Source: Deltaproteobacteria bacterium (GTDB lineage: Bacteria > Desulfobacterota > Binatia > UBA9968). From it: DNA of 37,805 nucleotides. Shown here in pieces: positions 8,155-18,254 of this stretch. The stretch is taken from positions 1 through 37,805 of the forward strand of contig JAERMN010000001.1 of assembly GCA_016844625.1 (NCBI GenBank), written 5' to 3'. Each line of letters begins with the position of its first letter. The first letter of the stretch is position 1. The notes beneath the pieces are model-generated. The model made no database searches, was not told the DNA's origin, and was given only the letters and a program-made list of their open reading frames with translations. Both the position numbers and the translations under genes were made by a program.

Positions 8155-9909
8155 CTAGTGGACGAGCTCCGCCTGGGAGTTTTCGCGTTGTTCCAATAAC
8201 TGCATCGAGTAAAGGCGGCTGTACTCGTTCTTGCGCGCCAAGAGCTCGTCGTGATTGCCCTCTTCGACAATCGTACCATCGACCATGACGAGGATGCGAT
8301 CTGACTTGCGAATGGTCGACAGCCGATGGGCGATGACAATCGTCGTTCTTTGGCTGATCAGGTTTTCCAACGCCTGCTGCACCAGCCGCTCTGACTCGAC
8401 ATCCAACGCCGATGTCGCTTCGTCAAGAATCAAGATCGGCGCGTTCTTGAGCAGCGCCCGGGCGATCGCCAAACGTTGGCGCTGGCCGCCGGAAAGCTGC
8501 ATGCCCATCTCGCCAATCACGGAATCGTAGCCATGGGGCAGCGCTTGAATAAATTCATGGGCGTGGGCCGCCTTGGCCGCCGCGATAATTGAGCTCATAT
8601 CCCGATCGGGATCGCCGTAGGCGATGTTGTTGCGCACCGTGTCGTTGAATAAAAACGTGTGCTGCGTCACGATACCGATCTGCGCGCGCAGAGAATCCAC
8701 GGTGATATCGCGAATATCGACGCCATCGAGCAAAATCGCCCCTTCGTTGACATCGTAGAAGCGCGGGATCAAATCGACCAGCGTGCTCTTGCCCACCCCG
8801 CTCATGCCGACAATGGCAACCATTTGGCCAGCTTCCACGGTCAAATTTATATTTTTTAAGACCGGCGTCTCAGCGTAGGCGAAGCTCACGTCGCGAAATT
8901 CGGTGCTTTTCGAAAACGGTGCCGCAGCGCGAGCATTGGGACGGTCATGAATCTCCGCAATATCGTCGAGAGTCTCAAACACCCTTTCGGCGCCAGCCAA
9001 CCCTTGATGGATCGACGAGTAGGCTCGTGTCAACCCCTTGAAAGGCGCGTACATCAGAAACATGGCAGCCATGAAGGCCATGAACTCACCTTGGGTGCGC
9101 CCGCCATTGATGACACTCCAGCCGCCGTACCAAACGACGCCGCCGATGCCGAAGGAGGCCAGGAGTTCCATCGCCGGCGCGACGATCGCTTTGGTCCGGG
9201 TCGCCCGTAGCGACTGTTTGAACAGTTGCCAGTTTTCCGCCATGAAGCGTTGGTCCTCATAGCGCTCCATGCCGAAGGCCTTGACGATGCGATTGCCCTG
9301 GATGCTTTCCTGCAGTAGCGACGTGAGCATGCCAGTGCTGACCTGGCCGCGCCGGGTGAACTTTTTGATCTTACGGCTGAGCCGCATTACCGGCAGCACG
9401 GACGCGGGAAAGACAAAGAACGCGATGCATGCCAGCACCCAGTCTTGGGCGAAGGCGACGACCGTGAGCACCATGAGCGAGGTCACGTCTTTCATCACCG
9501 ACGCCAAGGCGTCGGTGATGGCGTAGCGCAGCAACAAGACGTCGCTATTCACCCGGGTGATCAGCGTGCCGGTGGGATTGCGCTGAAAAAAGGACACCGA
9601 GAGAGATTGCAAGTGCCGGTTGAGGGCGTTTCTCACGTCATTAATAATCCTCAGACCGACATAATCGTTAAGATAGCTCGAGCCGAAATTCATGAGACCG
9701 CGAAAGGCAAAGATGCCGACCACGATAAATGGAATATAGACAAGCGTGTTCTGATCCTTCGCGACAAAAACGTCATCCATGATGCGCTGGATGAGATAAG
9801 GCAACACCCCGTCGGTCGCGCCAAAGCCGATCATGCAGAGCAGGCCCAAAGAAAAATAGGGCCAGATGTATGGTTTCAAATACTTTAACAGCCGGAGATA
9901 GGTCTTCAC
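8155..9909 (-). CDS. msbA: Lipid A export ABC transporter (permease-ATPase fusion)
   Basis: 584 aa with an N-terminal 6-TM exporter domain, Walker A 'GMSGVGKST', signature 'LSGGQRQR' and Walker B 'ILILDEATSALD'. It lies between lpxB and waaA/lpxK. GTG start. Confidence 0.88.
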   Translation of the reverse strand: MKTYLRLLKYLKPYIWPYFSLGLLCMIGFGATDGVLPYLIQRIMDDVFVAKDQNTLVYIPFIVVGIFAFRGLMNFGSSYLNDYVGLRIINDVRNALNRHLQSLSVSFFQRNPTGTLITRVNSDVLLLRYAITDALASVMKDVTSLMVLTVVAFAQDWVLACIAFFVFPASVLPVMRLSRKIKKFTRRGQVSTGMLTSLLQESIQGNRIVKAFGMERYEDQRFMAENWQLFKQSLRATRTKAIVAPAMELLASFGIGGVVWYGGWSVINGGRTQGEFMAFMAAMFLMYAPFKGLTRAYSSIHQGLAGAERVFETLDDIAEIHDRPNARAAAPFSKSTEFRDVSFAYAETPVLKNINLTVEAGQMVAIVGMSGVGKSTLVDLIPRFYDVNEGAILLDGVDIRDITVDSLRAQIGIVTQHTFLFNDTVRNNIAYGDPDRDMSSIIAAAKAAHAHEFIQALPHGYDSVIGEMGMQLSGGQRQRLAIARALLKNAPILILDEATSALDVESERLVQQALENLISQRTTIVIAHRLSTIRKSDRILVMVDGTIVEEGNHDELLARKNEYSRLYSMQLLEQRENSQAELVH

Positions 9910-9931
9910 TTGGATTCGCTCACGATCTTAT

Positions 9932-11071
9932 TCACCGCATCATCGTAACAGCCAGATCAGCGACTCGGCCGGCTGCGCCGGGAGCGCCGAGCCGTTCGCG
10001 CAGCCTGATTAATTTTTCGGCGACGCCGTCACGCAGCTTGTCGTCGTCCAGCAAACGCCGGCTTTCTCGAACCAACTGATCCACGTTCACATCGGTCTGG
10101 AACAGTTCCGGCACCACTCTCTCCTCGGCGATGAGGTTAACCATGCCGAAGTGTTCGACCCGCACCAAGAGCTTCGCCAGTACCCAGGTGAGCCACGCCA
10201 TGCGGTAAACGATAATCATCGGTTTGCCGAGGAGCCCAACTTCCAGCGTCGCCGTGCCCGACGCCGTCCAAACGAGATCGGCTGCGTTGAGCGCGTTGTA
10301 GCGATTTTCATCGACCACAGGGATGGCACCGTTGGGTGCTGCCAACAGCGCCTGGAGATCGCTCATCGCGATGGTGCTCGCCCGCACACAAAAAAATTGG
10401 ATATTCTTTTCCCGCTGCAAACGCAGCGCGGCGTCGCGCATCACGCCCAGATGGCGGCTCACTTCTCCATGCCGGCTCCCCGGTAATAGCGCGACGGTAA
10501 TCTTTTTCGCGTCGAGGCCGATCTTCATTAATACGCTTTCACGGCTTTCGGTCACTTTCACGCTGTCGAGCAGAGGGTGACCGACGAACGTTGTCTTCAC
10601 TTGATGGCCCCGGTAAAACGCCTCTTCGAACGGAAACACCACTGCCATATGATCGACCGAGCGCGCGATTTTTTTCACTCGCCCTTGGCGCCAGGCCCAA
10701 ATCTGCGGGCTGATGTAGTAAAGAACCGGGATGCCCAACGCTTTGGCGACCCGCGCCAAGCGCAAATTAAAATCGGGAAAATCGATCAACACCAACAAGT
10801 TCGGCCGCCGCGTGATCAATGCTTGCTTGAGCAGATGGTAAGCACGCCATAACGTTCTTAATTTGCCCGCCAGCTCAGCGAACCCCATGCCGGTTAACTG
10901 CGCCACACTGAACAACGATTCAAAATCGGTGCGTTCAAGTTCCGCCCCGGCCACGCCAAACACTTTCAATGTCGCATCCCGTTGATGCAGCGCCTCAACC
11001 AGTTGCGCGCCATGAGCGTCACCGGACGCTTCCCCGACCACGAGCATAATTTGTTTGGGCGATTGTGCCAC
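9932..11071 (-). CDS. lpxB: Lipid-A-disaccharide synthase
   Basis: 379 aa (GT19 length) with N-terminal 'IMLVVGEASGDAHGAQL'. lpx context. Confidence 0.9.
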   Translation of the reverse strand: MAQSPKQIMLVVGEASGDAHGAQLVEALHQRDATLKVFGVAGAELERTDFESLFSVAQLTGMGFAELAGKLRTLWRAYHLLKQALITRRPNLLVLIDFPDFNLRLARVAKALGIPVLYYISPQIWAWRQGRVKKIARSVDHMAVVFPFEEAFYRGHQVKTTFVGHPLLDSVKVTESRESVLMKIGLDAKKITVALLPGSRHGEVSRHLGVMRDAALRLQREKNIQFFCVRASTIAMSDLQALLAAPNGAIPVVDENRYNALNAADLVWTASGTATLEVGLLGKPMIIVYRMAWLTWVLAKLLVRVEHFGMVNLIAEERVVPELFQTDVNVDQLVRESRRLLDDDKLRDGVAEKLIRLRERLGAPGAAGRVADLAVTMMR

Positions 11072-11093
11072 GGTGTGGCAATCACAGCGAGAC

Positions 11094-12023
11094 TCAAAAC
11101 TGTTTACTGATCATCGACGCGATCTCCAGAGCCAGTAGCGCCTCCGCGCCGCCGACTAATGGAAGCGTGCGCGCCGCGACGCAGTCGAGAAAGGAATCGA
11201 TCTCGTCAGCCAAAGCGTCGCCATCTTTGATTTCAATATTCTCGGCGCGGATGTCGAGCCAACCCGCACCGGGCGCCGGTTTGCGATAGATCTGCACCCG
11301 CCGTTGATCGTAATCGATGGAGATATAAGCGTCGGGCTGAAAGAAGCGTATTTTACGCTCCCGTTTGAGCGAAACCCGGCTTGCGGTCACGTTGGCGATG
11401 CAACCGTTGGCAAAATTGATGCGCGCGTTGGCGATATCGGGCTTGTCCGTAAGCACCGGGACGCCGACGGCTTCCACCCGCACTACCGGCGAACGCACCA
11501 AGCTTGCGATCACGTCGATATCATGAATCATCAGATCGAGCACGACGTTCACGTCGGTGCCACGCTCGATAAACGGCGCCAAGCGATGGCACTCGATAAA
11601 CTTTGGATCTTTGACAACTCCTTCGAGGCGGCGAATCGCCGGGTTGAACCGTTCGAGGTGACCGACTTGCAGGATGACGTCTGTTTTCCGCGCCGCCTCA
11701 ACCAGTTCGCGCGCCTCGCCGATCTCAGCGGTCAACGGTTTCTCCACCAGCACGTCAATGCCCGCGTCGATAAAATCGCGCGCGACTTGATAATGAAAGC
11801 GCGTCGGCACGGCAATACTGACGCACTGCACGCGGCCCAACAGCGCGCGATAGTCGGTCATCGCCTCGACGCCAACCGCCGCGCCAATTTCCTTTGCCCG
11901 AGCTTCGTCGGTGTCGACCACCGCTATCAACTTTGCTTTCGCCGAAGCGGCATATTTTTCGGCGTGGAACTTGCCGAGATAACCAACGCCGACGATACCG
12001 ACCTTGATTGCGCTATCGCCCAT
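11094..12023 (-). CDS. Gfo/Idh/MocA family NAD(P)-dependent oxidoreductase (candidate UDP-GlcNAc 3-dehydrogenase GnnA-like)
   Basis: 'KVGIVGVGYLGKFHAEKY' Rossmann motif and the 'DVLVEKPL' family motif. It is embedded between lpxI and lpxB. The family call is solid; the GnnA role is inference. Confidence 0.85.
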   Translation of the reverse strand: MGDSAIKVGIVGVGYLGKFHAEKYAASAKAKLIAVVDTDEARAKEIGAAVGVEAMTDYRALLGRVQCVSIAVPTRFHYQVARDFIDAGIDVLVEKPLTAEIGEARELVEAARKTDVILQVGHLERFNPAIRRLEGVVKDPKFIECHRLAPFIERGTDVNVVLDLMIHDIDVIASLVRSPVVRVEAVGVPVLTDKPDIANARINFANGCIANVTASRVSLKRERKIRFFQPDAYISIDYDQRRVQIYRKPAPGAGWLDIRAENIEIKDGDALADEIDSFLDCVAARTLPLVGGAEALLALEIASMISKQF

Positions 12024-12029
12024 GGCTAT

Positions 12030-12842
12030 TTACGCTTCGCCGCTGACGCCAACCACGGCGATGCCGTAAGCGTCTGCCTGGCGGAGCAAAGCTTCTTTCT
12101 CCAACAAGATGGTTTTGCCGGCTTCCAGCGCCAACACCGTCGCCCGGGAATCGTGCAGCCGTGCCACGGTTTCGACGCCGACCGCCGGCACGTCGAAACG
12201 AAGATCCTGATCGGGTTTGCTGACTTTGACGACAACGCAGCCTTTTCTCGCCAGCACACCGCCGCGCTCAATCGCCGCGTCGGTTCCTTCAATCGCCTCG
12301 ACCGCTACGACCATGTGATTTTTCACCACGACGGTTTGACCGATGCCCAATCGGCCGATCTCTTTGGCGCTCTTAAACCCGAGCCGGATATCGTCCCACT
12401 CGCGCGTTGACGGCGCGCGCTTGGTCAACACCCCTTGGGCGCAAATGATTTGCGGCACGCACAGCGTCGAGTCGAGAATTTTAATGCCGTCGGCGGCTAA
12501 CTCATCGGCGATACCGCGTAACAAGGCGTCGTCCTCGCGGCTTTTAAGCTTGGCCAAAAAGCGCGCGCCGCGGAGATCTGGGCGAAAATTGCCAAATAGT
12601 CTTAGCTTGCGAATCCCTCCCGCCATTACCGCTTCGCTGACCGCGGCGCTCTGAAACACCCGAATGATTTTTCCCAGCTGTCCGACGTAAACCCACTCAA
12701 CCTGATCAGCGATTTTTTCGATCTCTTCGGGGGTCTCGGATCGATGCGCCACCGCGATCACGGCATAACCCGCGCGCTTCGCCTCGGCGGCAAAAATGAG
12801 CGGGAACTTGCCATTACCAGCGATCAATCCCAGTTTTTTCAC
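12030..12842 (-). CDS. lpxI: UDP-2,3-diacylglucosamine diphosphatase LpxI (DUF1009)
   Basis: 'LGLIAGNGKFPL', 'GQTVVVKNHMVVAVEAIEGTDAAIERG' and 'KVSKPDQDLRFDVPAVG' match the LpxI family. Its position after lpxA is typical. Confidence 0.85.
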   Translation of the reverse strand: MKKLGLIAGNGKFPLIFAAEAKRAGYAVIAVAHRSETPEEIEKIADQVEWVYVGQLGKIIRVFQSAAVSEAVMAGGIRKLRLFGNFRPDLRGARFLAKLKSREDDALLRGIADELAADGIKILDSTLCVPQIICAQGVLTKRAPSTREWDDIRLGFKSAKEIGRLGIGQTVVVKNHMVVAVEAIEGTDAAIERGGVLARKGCVVVKVSKPDQDLRFDVPAVGVETVARLHDSRATVLALEAGKTILLEKEALLRQADAYGIAVVGVSGEA

Positions 12843-12888
12843 GATGGGTCAGCGCTAAAAACAACTCGACGGCTGGATGATGGCAAAG

Positions 12889-13677
12889 TTAGCGGCAAAC
12901 TCCACGCTCGGACGCGGCGATGAACGAAACAAATTTTTCGACTTCGGGGATCGCCGGCAACTCTTGGCGAATTTTTTCCAGTGCGTCGTCGGTCTTGAGC
13001 TTGGATTGAAAGCAAATGCGATAGGCTTTGCGGATCGCGTCGATGATCGATTGATCGAAGCCGCGCCGCTTGAGCCCTTCAACGTTGAGTCCGTGCAGTT
13101 TGGCGCGGTCGCCGGTGGCGTTGCAATAAGGCGGCACGTCCTTGGAAACCATCGAGCCGGCGCCGAGGATCGCACCGGTGCCGATGTGAACAAACTGATG
13201 AATGCCGACCAGACCACCGACGATGACGAAATCTTCGACGATCACATGGCCGCCGAGAGTGGCGCCGTTGGCGATCACGTTGCGGTTGCCGACGATACAG
13301 TCGTGCGCGATATGGCAATACATCATGAGTAAATTCTGATCGCCGACCCGGGTCACCATGCCGCCGCCGCTGGTGCCGGGATTGAGCGAGACGTACTCTC
13401 GAATAGTATTACGGTTGCCGATGATCAGCTCGCTCGGCTCGCCCTGGTATTTTAAGTCTTGCGGCACCGAGCCGACGGTGGCGAAGGGAAAGACCATGTT
13501 AGCTTCGCCAAGAAGGGTCCGGCCTTGGATGACAACGTGGCTGTGAATCTTGCTGCCTTTGCCGATCCTGACGCCGGCGCCGACGATTGAGTAGGCGCCG
13601 ATTTCGACGTCTTTATCGAGCTCGGCGCTAGGATCGACAAGCGCGCTCGGATGAATCTTGGTCATTACGCAGCCCAC
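12889..13677 (-). CDS. lpxA: Acyl-ACP:UDP-N-acetylglucosamine O-acyltransferase
   Basis: 262 aa. 'IHPSALVDPSAELDKDVEIGAYSIVG' is followed by left-handed beta-helix hexapeptide repeats. The start may instead be the ATG at 13665 ('MTKIHPSA'). Confidence 0.9.
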   Translation of the reverse strand: MGCVMTKIHPSALVDPSAELDKDVEIGAYSIVGAGVRIGKGSKIHSHVVIQGRTLLGEANMVFPFATVGSVPQDLKYQGEPSELIIGNRNTIREYVSLNPGTSGGGMVTRVGDQNLLMMYCHIAHDCIVGNRNVIANGATLGGHVIVEDFVIVGGLVGIHQFVHIGTGAILGAGSMVSKDVPPYCNATGDRAKLHGLNVEGLKRRGFDQSIIDAIRKAYRICFQSKLKTDDALEKIRQELPAIPEVEKFVSFIAASERGVCR

Positions 13678-13679
13678 GC

Positions 13680-14117
13680 CTAGGCCAACTCAATTTCCAT
13701 CGCCGAAATTTCCGCCTGGGCGGCGAGCTTGCCATCCACCGACGCCATGCCCTGTAACTTCCAATACGGGCCGCGCCGTTTGACGCAGGTAATTTCAATG
13801 CGTAACTGGTCGCCCGGCTCCACCGGTCTTTTGAATTTGACCTTGTCGAGGCCGGTCAACACGAAGACCTTGTTTTCCTCCATGCCGCCGCGCGCGTTAT
13901 GGGCAAAGATCGCGCCGACCTGGGCCATCGCTTCGCAAATCAGCACGCCGGGCATCACCGGTTTATTGGGGAAGTGGCCCTGAAAAAAATTTTCGTTGAA
14001 GGAAACATTTTTGATGCCGACGATCTTCTTATCACCGTCGATCTCCAAGATACGGTCGACCAGCAGGAACGGATATCGGTGCGGCAAAAATTTTAAGATT
14101 TCCTTTGCGTCCATCAT
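13680..14117 (-). CDS. fabZ: 3-hydroxyacyl-ACP dehydratase
   Basis: 'LPHRYPFLLVDRI' and 'GHFPNKPVMPGVLICEAMAQ'. I chose ATG 14117, 5 nt after the lpxD stop; the ORF track's extension to 14243 lies inside lpxD. Confidence 0.9.
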   Translation of the reverse strand: MMDAKEILKFLPHRYPFLLVDRILEIDGDKKIVGIKNVSFNENFFQGHFPNKPVMPGVLICEAMAQVGAIFAHNARGGMEENKVFVLTGLDKVKFKRPVEPGDQLRIEITCVKRRGPYWKLQGMASVDGKLAAQAEISAMEIELA

Positions 14118-14122
14118 CGCCG

Positions 14123-15193
14123 TCAATCTCCATTGTACGCTTTCTTGCCCGCCGCAATCATCCGCGCCAGCTGTTTTTCCAAACTTCGCACCGCACTCCA
14201 GAGCTTGGGCAGCTGGGGCAGCAATACCATCACTTTGAGCCATTCATGATGCGGCGCCGCGGTCAGGCCGCTCGACAGAAGCGCACCGGCGGGCACCGAT
14301 TGGCCGACGCCCGACTGCGGGCCGATCGTCGCCCCGTCGCCGATCTGAATATGATTCACCACGCCCACTTGGCCAGCGAGCGTTACGTTCTTGCCGAGCC
14401 GCGTGCTGCCGGCGATGCCCGCCTGCGAGGCAATGACTGAATGCTCTCCGATCACCACGTTGTGGGCGATCTGCACCAAGTTATCGATCTTAGCGCCGCG
14501 ACCGATCACGGTTTGGCCGAGCGTCGCGCGATCCACCGTCGTGTTCGCGCCGATCTCGACATCGTCGTTGACCACGACGACTCCCACCTGGGGAATTTTT
14601 ACTCTGTCGGAGCCAGCGCCGGCGTAACCAAAACCATCACTGCCAATTACCACGCCGGCATGTAAAATCACCCGCTCGCCCACTCGGCAGCCGTGGCGCA
14701 CGACCACGTTGGGATGAAGCACCGAAGCAGCGCCAATCTCGACATCATCGCCAATAAACACGCCGGGGAAAAGCACCGCGTCTTGGCCGATGCGCGTCCG
14801 CGCGCCGATGAATACGTTCGGAAAGATCGTCGCACCCGCAGCGATAACCGCGCTGATATCGACGTGGGCAGCGGCGCTAATCGCCCGACTGTACTGTGGC
14901 GCTGGCGAGAGCAGCTGAAGAATTTTCGCAAAGGCGATGTAGGGATCTACGGTTTCGAGAAAATTGAGGGTAGCGCTCGATTCGCTTTGGCGCACCACGC
15001 CGGGCGCGACGATGACGGCGCTGGCGCGACATTGGGGCAGGAAGCGTTGATAGCGGGGATTGCTAAGAAAACTGATTTCGCCAGGCCCGGCCTGATCGAT
15101 CGGACTGACCTTGTGAATGACGACACTTCCATCCCCGATAACTTTGCCATCGACATGATTGGCGAGTTCGCTCAGCGTCCTACTAATCGCCAC
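14123..15193 (-). CDS. lpxD: UDP-3-O-(3-hydroxyacyl)glucosamine N-acyltransferase
   Basis: 356 aa with an N-terminal uridine-binding domain ('[11 protein letters not shown]'), then extended hexapeptide repeats. The GTG start directly abuts the skp stop. Confidence 0.9.
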   Translation of the reverse strand: MAISRTLSELANHVDGKVIGDGSVVIHKVSPIDQAGPGEISFLSNPRYQRFLPQCRASAVIVAPGVVRQSESSATLNFLETVDPYIAFAKILQLLSPAPQYSRAISAAAHVDISAVIAAGATIFPNVFIGARTRIGQDAVLFPGVFIGDDVEIGAASVLHPNVVVRHGCRVGERVILHAGVVIGSDGFGYAGAGSDRVKIPQVGVVVVNDDVEIGANTTVDRATLGQTVIGRGAKIDNLVQIAHNVVIGEHSVIASQAGIAGSTRLGKNVTLAGQVGVVNHIQIGDGATIGPQSGVGQSVPAGALLSSGLTAAPHHEWLKVMVLLPQLPKLWSAVRSLEKQLARMIAAGKKAYNGD

Positions 15194-15700
15194 TTATTTC
15201 TTTGCCCGGCTATTGTAGGTCTCGACCACTCGGTGGGTGATGTCCGTGCTCGCGTCGCTGTAAAGAATCTGCGATTTTTCGAAGATAAAAGTGAACTTTT
15301 CCGCTTTGCCGAGATCGCTGACGATCTGTTCGAGATCTTTCAGAATATCGCCCATCATCTCGCGTTCCTTTTGCTGCAAGTCTTGCTGATAATCGCCCAT
15401 GGTTCTTTGTAGAGTAACTGAGCGCTTCTGAAAGTCCCCTTCCAGGGTGCGCCGTTCCTCGTCTTTCAAGAGCGGCCCCTTTTTTTCGATATCGGCCTTG
15501 AGCCGCTCAAGATCGATCCGTTCCTTTTGGATATCGGCTTCGGCCTTTTTTACCTGCGCCTGAAATCGATCTTTGGCCCTCTTACCGGCCGCCGATTCGG
15601 CAATAACTCTCTGGATATCGATAAAGCCAATCTTGACCGCCTGGGCCGACACGACCGAAGGGATCAAGGCTAGCGCTATTACAAGCAGCCAATATTTCAC
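15194..15700 (-). CDS. skp: Periplasmic chaperone OmpH/Skp
   Basis: GTG 15700 is preceded by GGAGG with a 5-nt spacer. Signal peptide '(M)KYWLLVIALALIPSVVSAQA' precedes a Lys/Glu/Gln-rich coiled-coil body. It sits between bamA and lpxD. Confidence 0.85.
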   Translation of the reverse strand: MKYWLLVIALALIPSVVSAQAVKIGFIDIQRVIAESAAGKRAKDRFQAQVKKAEADIQKERIDLERLKADIEKKGPLLKDEERRTLEGDFQKRSVTLQRTMGDYQQDLQQKEREMMGDILKDLEQIVSDLGKAEKFTFIFEKSQILYSDASTDITHRVVETYNSRAKK

Positions 15701-15744
15701 TAAGACCTCCAACTGGTTTGATGACGTGGTGAAAGATTGCAAGG

Positions 15745-18168
15745 TTACGGCTGTGCGCCGATCGAAAAGCCGAGAACCGAGGTTTCGTCGCCGGACTTTT
15801 TGGCGAGCGGAAAACCGAGCTCGACACGGAGCGGACCGAACGGTGACATCCAGCGAACCCCAGCGCCCACCGAGCGGCGCAAATCGCTAAAATTAAACGA
15901 GTTGAACGAACTTCCGGTATCTAAAAATGCCACGCCACGTAAGCCATATTGTTCGTAAACGGGGAATAATATCTCGCTATTGAACACCATCGCCTTGTCG
16001 CCGCCGACGACATCGCTCCCTGTACAGACTACCTTCTCCGGCTTTTTATTTCCCGAACAACCCGACGGCTCGCGCGGCCCGATACTGCGCTCCGCGAAGC
16101 CGCGAATCGAATTGATGCCGCCGAGAAAATAGCGTTCAAACAAAGGGAGATCTTTCTGGCCGTTGTTTCTTTCGGCCAACCCCAAGCCATAACCGACGGA
16201 ACCTCCCAAGGACAGCACATAGGCGCCGCCCCAGTTTGGATCCTTGAGCAATGGATAGTACCAACGTCCACTGACATCGGATTTAATAAATCGTACGTCG
16301 CCGCCTAAACCCGCCGTCTTTACCGAGAAACCGGACTTCGTCCCTTCGGTCGGGTTGAAGAAATGATCGCGGCTATCATAGCTGATTCGCGGCGTGACGG
16401 CGCTGGTTAGCGACTTACCTTTTTCCGATTGAATCGATGGCGGTGCCGTAGCTGAAACGCCTTTGATGTTTTCGTGGGTCAGATCGTAGGACACGCCGCC
16501 GCGCATATAATCCCAAATCGTCGCCTGATCGTTGCTCGCCAGCACGTCCGAACCCTTTTCAGCCTCGCGCTTGCTCGGTCCGAAGAAAGGCATGCGAAAA
16601 TCTTTAAGTGGATAACTGGTATTGATGCCGAAACCTATCTTATCCTCCTCGAAATCGGTATACTCCCGAGTGGTGTTAAATGCGTCGATGCCCAACGCAG
16701 TCTTGGAATCCAAGAAATAAGGATCGGTGACGCTCAACACATAATCCTGGCGTCGCGACCCAATACTGAAATTGCCACTGACGCCCTGCCCCCGACCAGC
16801 GAAGTTTTTCTCCGAGACACTGGCATTGAAGATAAAACCATCGCCGCTGCTATAACCGCCGCCGACTTGAAAGGTTCCGGTCGGTCCTTCTTTCACCTCT
16901 ACGAGTACATCGAGAGCGTCGGCTTGATCGGTTTTCTTCGTTGTAATCTGGGCATCTTCAAAGTAACCGGTTCTTTGCAGCGCATTTTTGCTCTGGGTAA
17001 TTTTGTTGCCTGAATAAAGCTCTTGTTCGTTGGCGATCAATTCCCGACGCACGACTTTATCTCTGGTCTTGGTATTACCGGAGACGAGCACGCGATTGAA
17101 GTAAACCGGCGGCCCCTTGGTGATGACCAGGGCCACATCGACATTCCTGTCGGCTGGGTTAATCTTCGTCACCGGATCCACTTGAACGAAGGCAAATCCC
17201 TTGTTGGAATACATGTCTGAAAGCGTCGTGATATCCTCGCGTAAGCGGCTACCGCGAAATATTTGGCCGGTGGTGAGCTTGACGGATTTCAACATCTGCT
17301 GGCCGTTATCGATCAATTCGCCGCCGATCTCGACTTTGCCGACCCGATACTGCGGCCCCTCGTTAATGCGAAAGATGACTTCCAAGCCGTCTCGGCCTCG
17401 GATAAGGACAGGATCGTCGACTTTATGGTCAACGTAACCATTGTCATTGTAGTGATTGGAGAGGATCGCCACATCATTGGTTAACATGTCGCGGTCAAGC
17501 ACGCCGCGATTGGTGAGAAATGAAAATATCCACTCCTCTTTAGTGCCAATTAAGCTTTTCAATTCGCCGGAGGGGATTGCCTTATTCCCTTCAAAAGACA
17601 CCCGCTTGATCAAGAGCCGGTTGCCTTCGACGATATCGAGGGTGACGACCGCTTGATTATTAGCTTCAATTGAGACCGCGTAATCCACCGAGGCGTTCAC
17701 GTAACCTTGGTCATTGAAGAGCCTTCTTACCTTCTCAACGCCTTCAGAGATTTTAGTCCGGTCCAAAATTGTTCGTGGGCTAACACCCAGCGCGGTTTCA
17801 ATCTTGTCTTTGCCGACCTGCGCCGCGCCTTGAATCTTTACCTCGCGAATATAGGGCTTTTCCTTGACCGCGTATGTGAGCACTCCATCCGCTGAAAGTT
17901 CGGCTTGCACGTCATCGAAAAAACCCATGCGAAAAATCGCTTTGACGTCCTGTTCGACGATGGCCGGATCGAAAACATCGCCGGGCCGGCTCTTGAGGTG
18001 AAGCCGAATGCCATCGTCTTCGACCCGAAGATTGCCGCTGATCTTGACTTCCTTAAGCGGCGTTTTGTCTTGGCTCTGGGCGCTACTAGGTATGCCGATG
18101 CCGGCAAAAAAGAGCAGCGAAAACAGCGCTAGATTAAGAATGGATCGTATAATTTTGCAGGGTTCCAT
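15745..18168 (-). CDS. bamA: Outer membrane protein assembly factor BamA (Omp85)
   Basis: 807 aa with a signal peptide, repeated POTRA-like modules ('VKISGNLRVEDDGIR...', 'VSFEGNKAIPSGELK', 'VLVSGNTKTRDKVVRRE') and a C-terminal beta-barrel. The bamA-skp-lpxD order is conserved synteny. Confidence 0.92.
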   Translation of the reverse strand: MEPCKIIRSILNLALFSLLFFAGIGIPSSAQSQDKTPLKEVKISGNLRVEDDGIRLHLKSRPGDVFDPAIVEQDVKAIFRMGFFDDVQAELSADGVLTYAVKEKPYIREVKIQGAAQVGKDKIETALGVSPRTILDRTKISEGVEKVRRLFNDQGYVNASVDYAVSIEANNQAVVTLDIVEGNRLLIKRVSFEGNKAIPSGELKSLIGTKEEWIFSFLTNRGVLDRDMLTNDVAILSNHYNDNGYVDHKVDDPVLIRGRDGLEVIFRINEGPQYRVGKVEIGGELIDNGQQMLKSVKLTTGQIFRGSRLREDITTLSDMYSNKGFAFVQVDPVTKINPADRNVDVALVITKGPPVYFNRVLVSGNTKTRDKVVRRELIANEQELYSGNKITQSKNALQRTGYFEDAQITTKKTDQADALDVLVEVKEGPTGTFQVGGGYSSGDGFIFNASVSEKNFAGRGQGVSGNFSIGSRRQDYVLSVTDPYFLDSKTALGIDAFNTTREYTDFEEDKIGFGINTSYPLKDFRMPFFGPSKREAEKGSDVLASNDQATIWDYMRGGVSYDLTHENIKGVSATAPPSIQSEKGKSLTSAVTPRISYDSRDHFFNPTEGTKSGFSVKTAGLGGDVRFIKSDVSGRWYYPLLKDPNWGGAYVLSLGGSVGYGLGLAERNNGQKDLPLFERYFLGGINSIRGFAERSIGPREPSGCSGNKKPEKVVCTGSDVVGGDKAMVFNSEILFPVYEQYGLRGVAFLDTGSSFNSFNFSDLRRSVGAGVRWMSPFGPLRVELGFPLAKKSGDETSVLGFSIGAQP

Positions 18169-18214
18169 CGGCGCTTAAAAGAAAATGCTTCTGAGACGAG
18201 CCAAGGATACTTAT

Positions 18215-18243
18215 TTTTTAACAAAAATCCTTAGTCTTGTAAA
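18215..18243 (-). promoter_or_regulatory. Candidate sigma70-type promoter upstream of bamA
   Basis: On the minus strand: TTTACA (18243-18238), a 17-nt spacer, then TAAAAA (18220-15). It lies in the only AT-rich gap (18169-18254) of the envelope cluster. The gap also contains an AAGGAT/ATCCTT inverted repeat. Confidence 0.3.
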
Positions 18244-18254
18244 GCCTTTATCGG

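Noticed and set aside
8142-8339. N-terminal extension of the waaA ORF (488 aa in the ORF track)
   Set aside because: The extension overlaps the 3' end of msbA in another frame and is Ser/Arg/Thr-rich. The conserved WaaA membrane anchor begins at GTG 8141, right after the msbA stop.
11304-12410. 368-aa plus-strand ORF. Similar long antisense ORFs occur at 14693-15412, 16474-17013, 19414-19953, 27237-28118 and 35567-36046 (plus strand) and 29110-29613 (minus strand).
   Set aside because: All lie fully antisense to genes with strong family signatures (Gfo/lpxI, lpxD, bamA, lolC, sufC, hisS, def). Their translations are Arg/Ala/His/Asp-rich and low in complexity, with no recognisable motifs and no SD. 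These are typical shadow ORFs of GC-rich coding DNA.
14118-14243. N-terminal extension of the fabZ ORF (187 aa)
   Set aside because: It lies inside the lpxD coding sequence. Canonical FabZ begins at 'MMDAKEILKFLPHRYPF', 5 nt after the lpxD stop.
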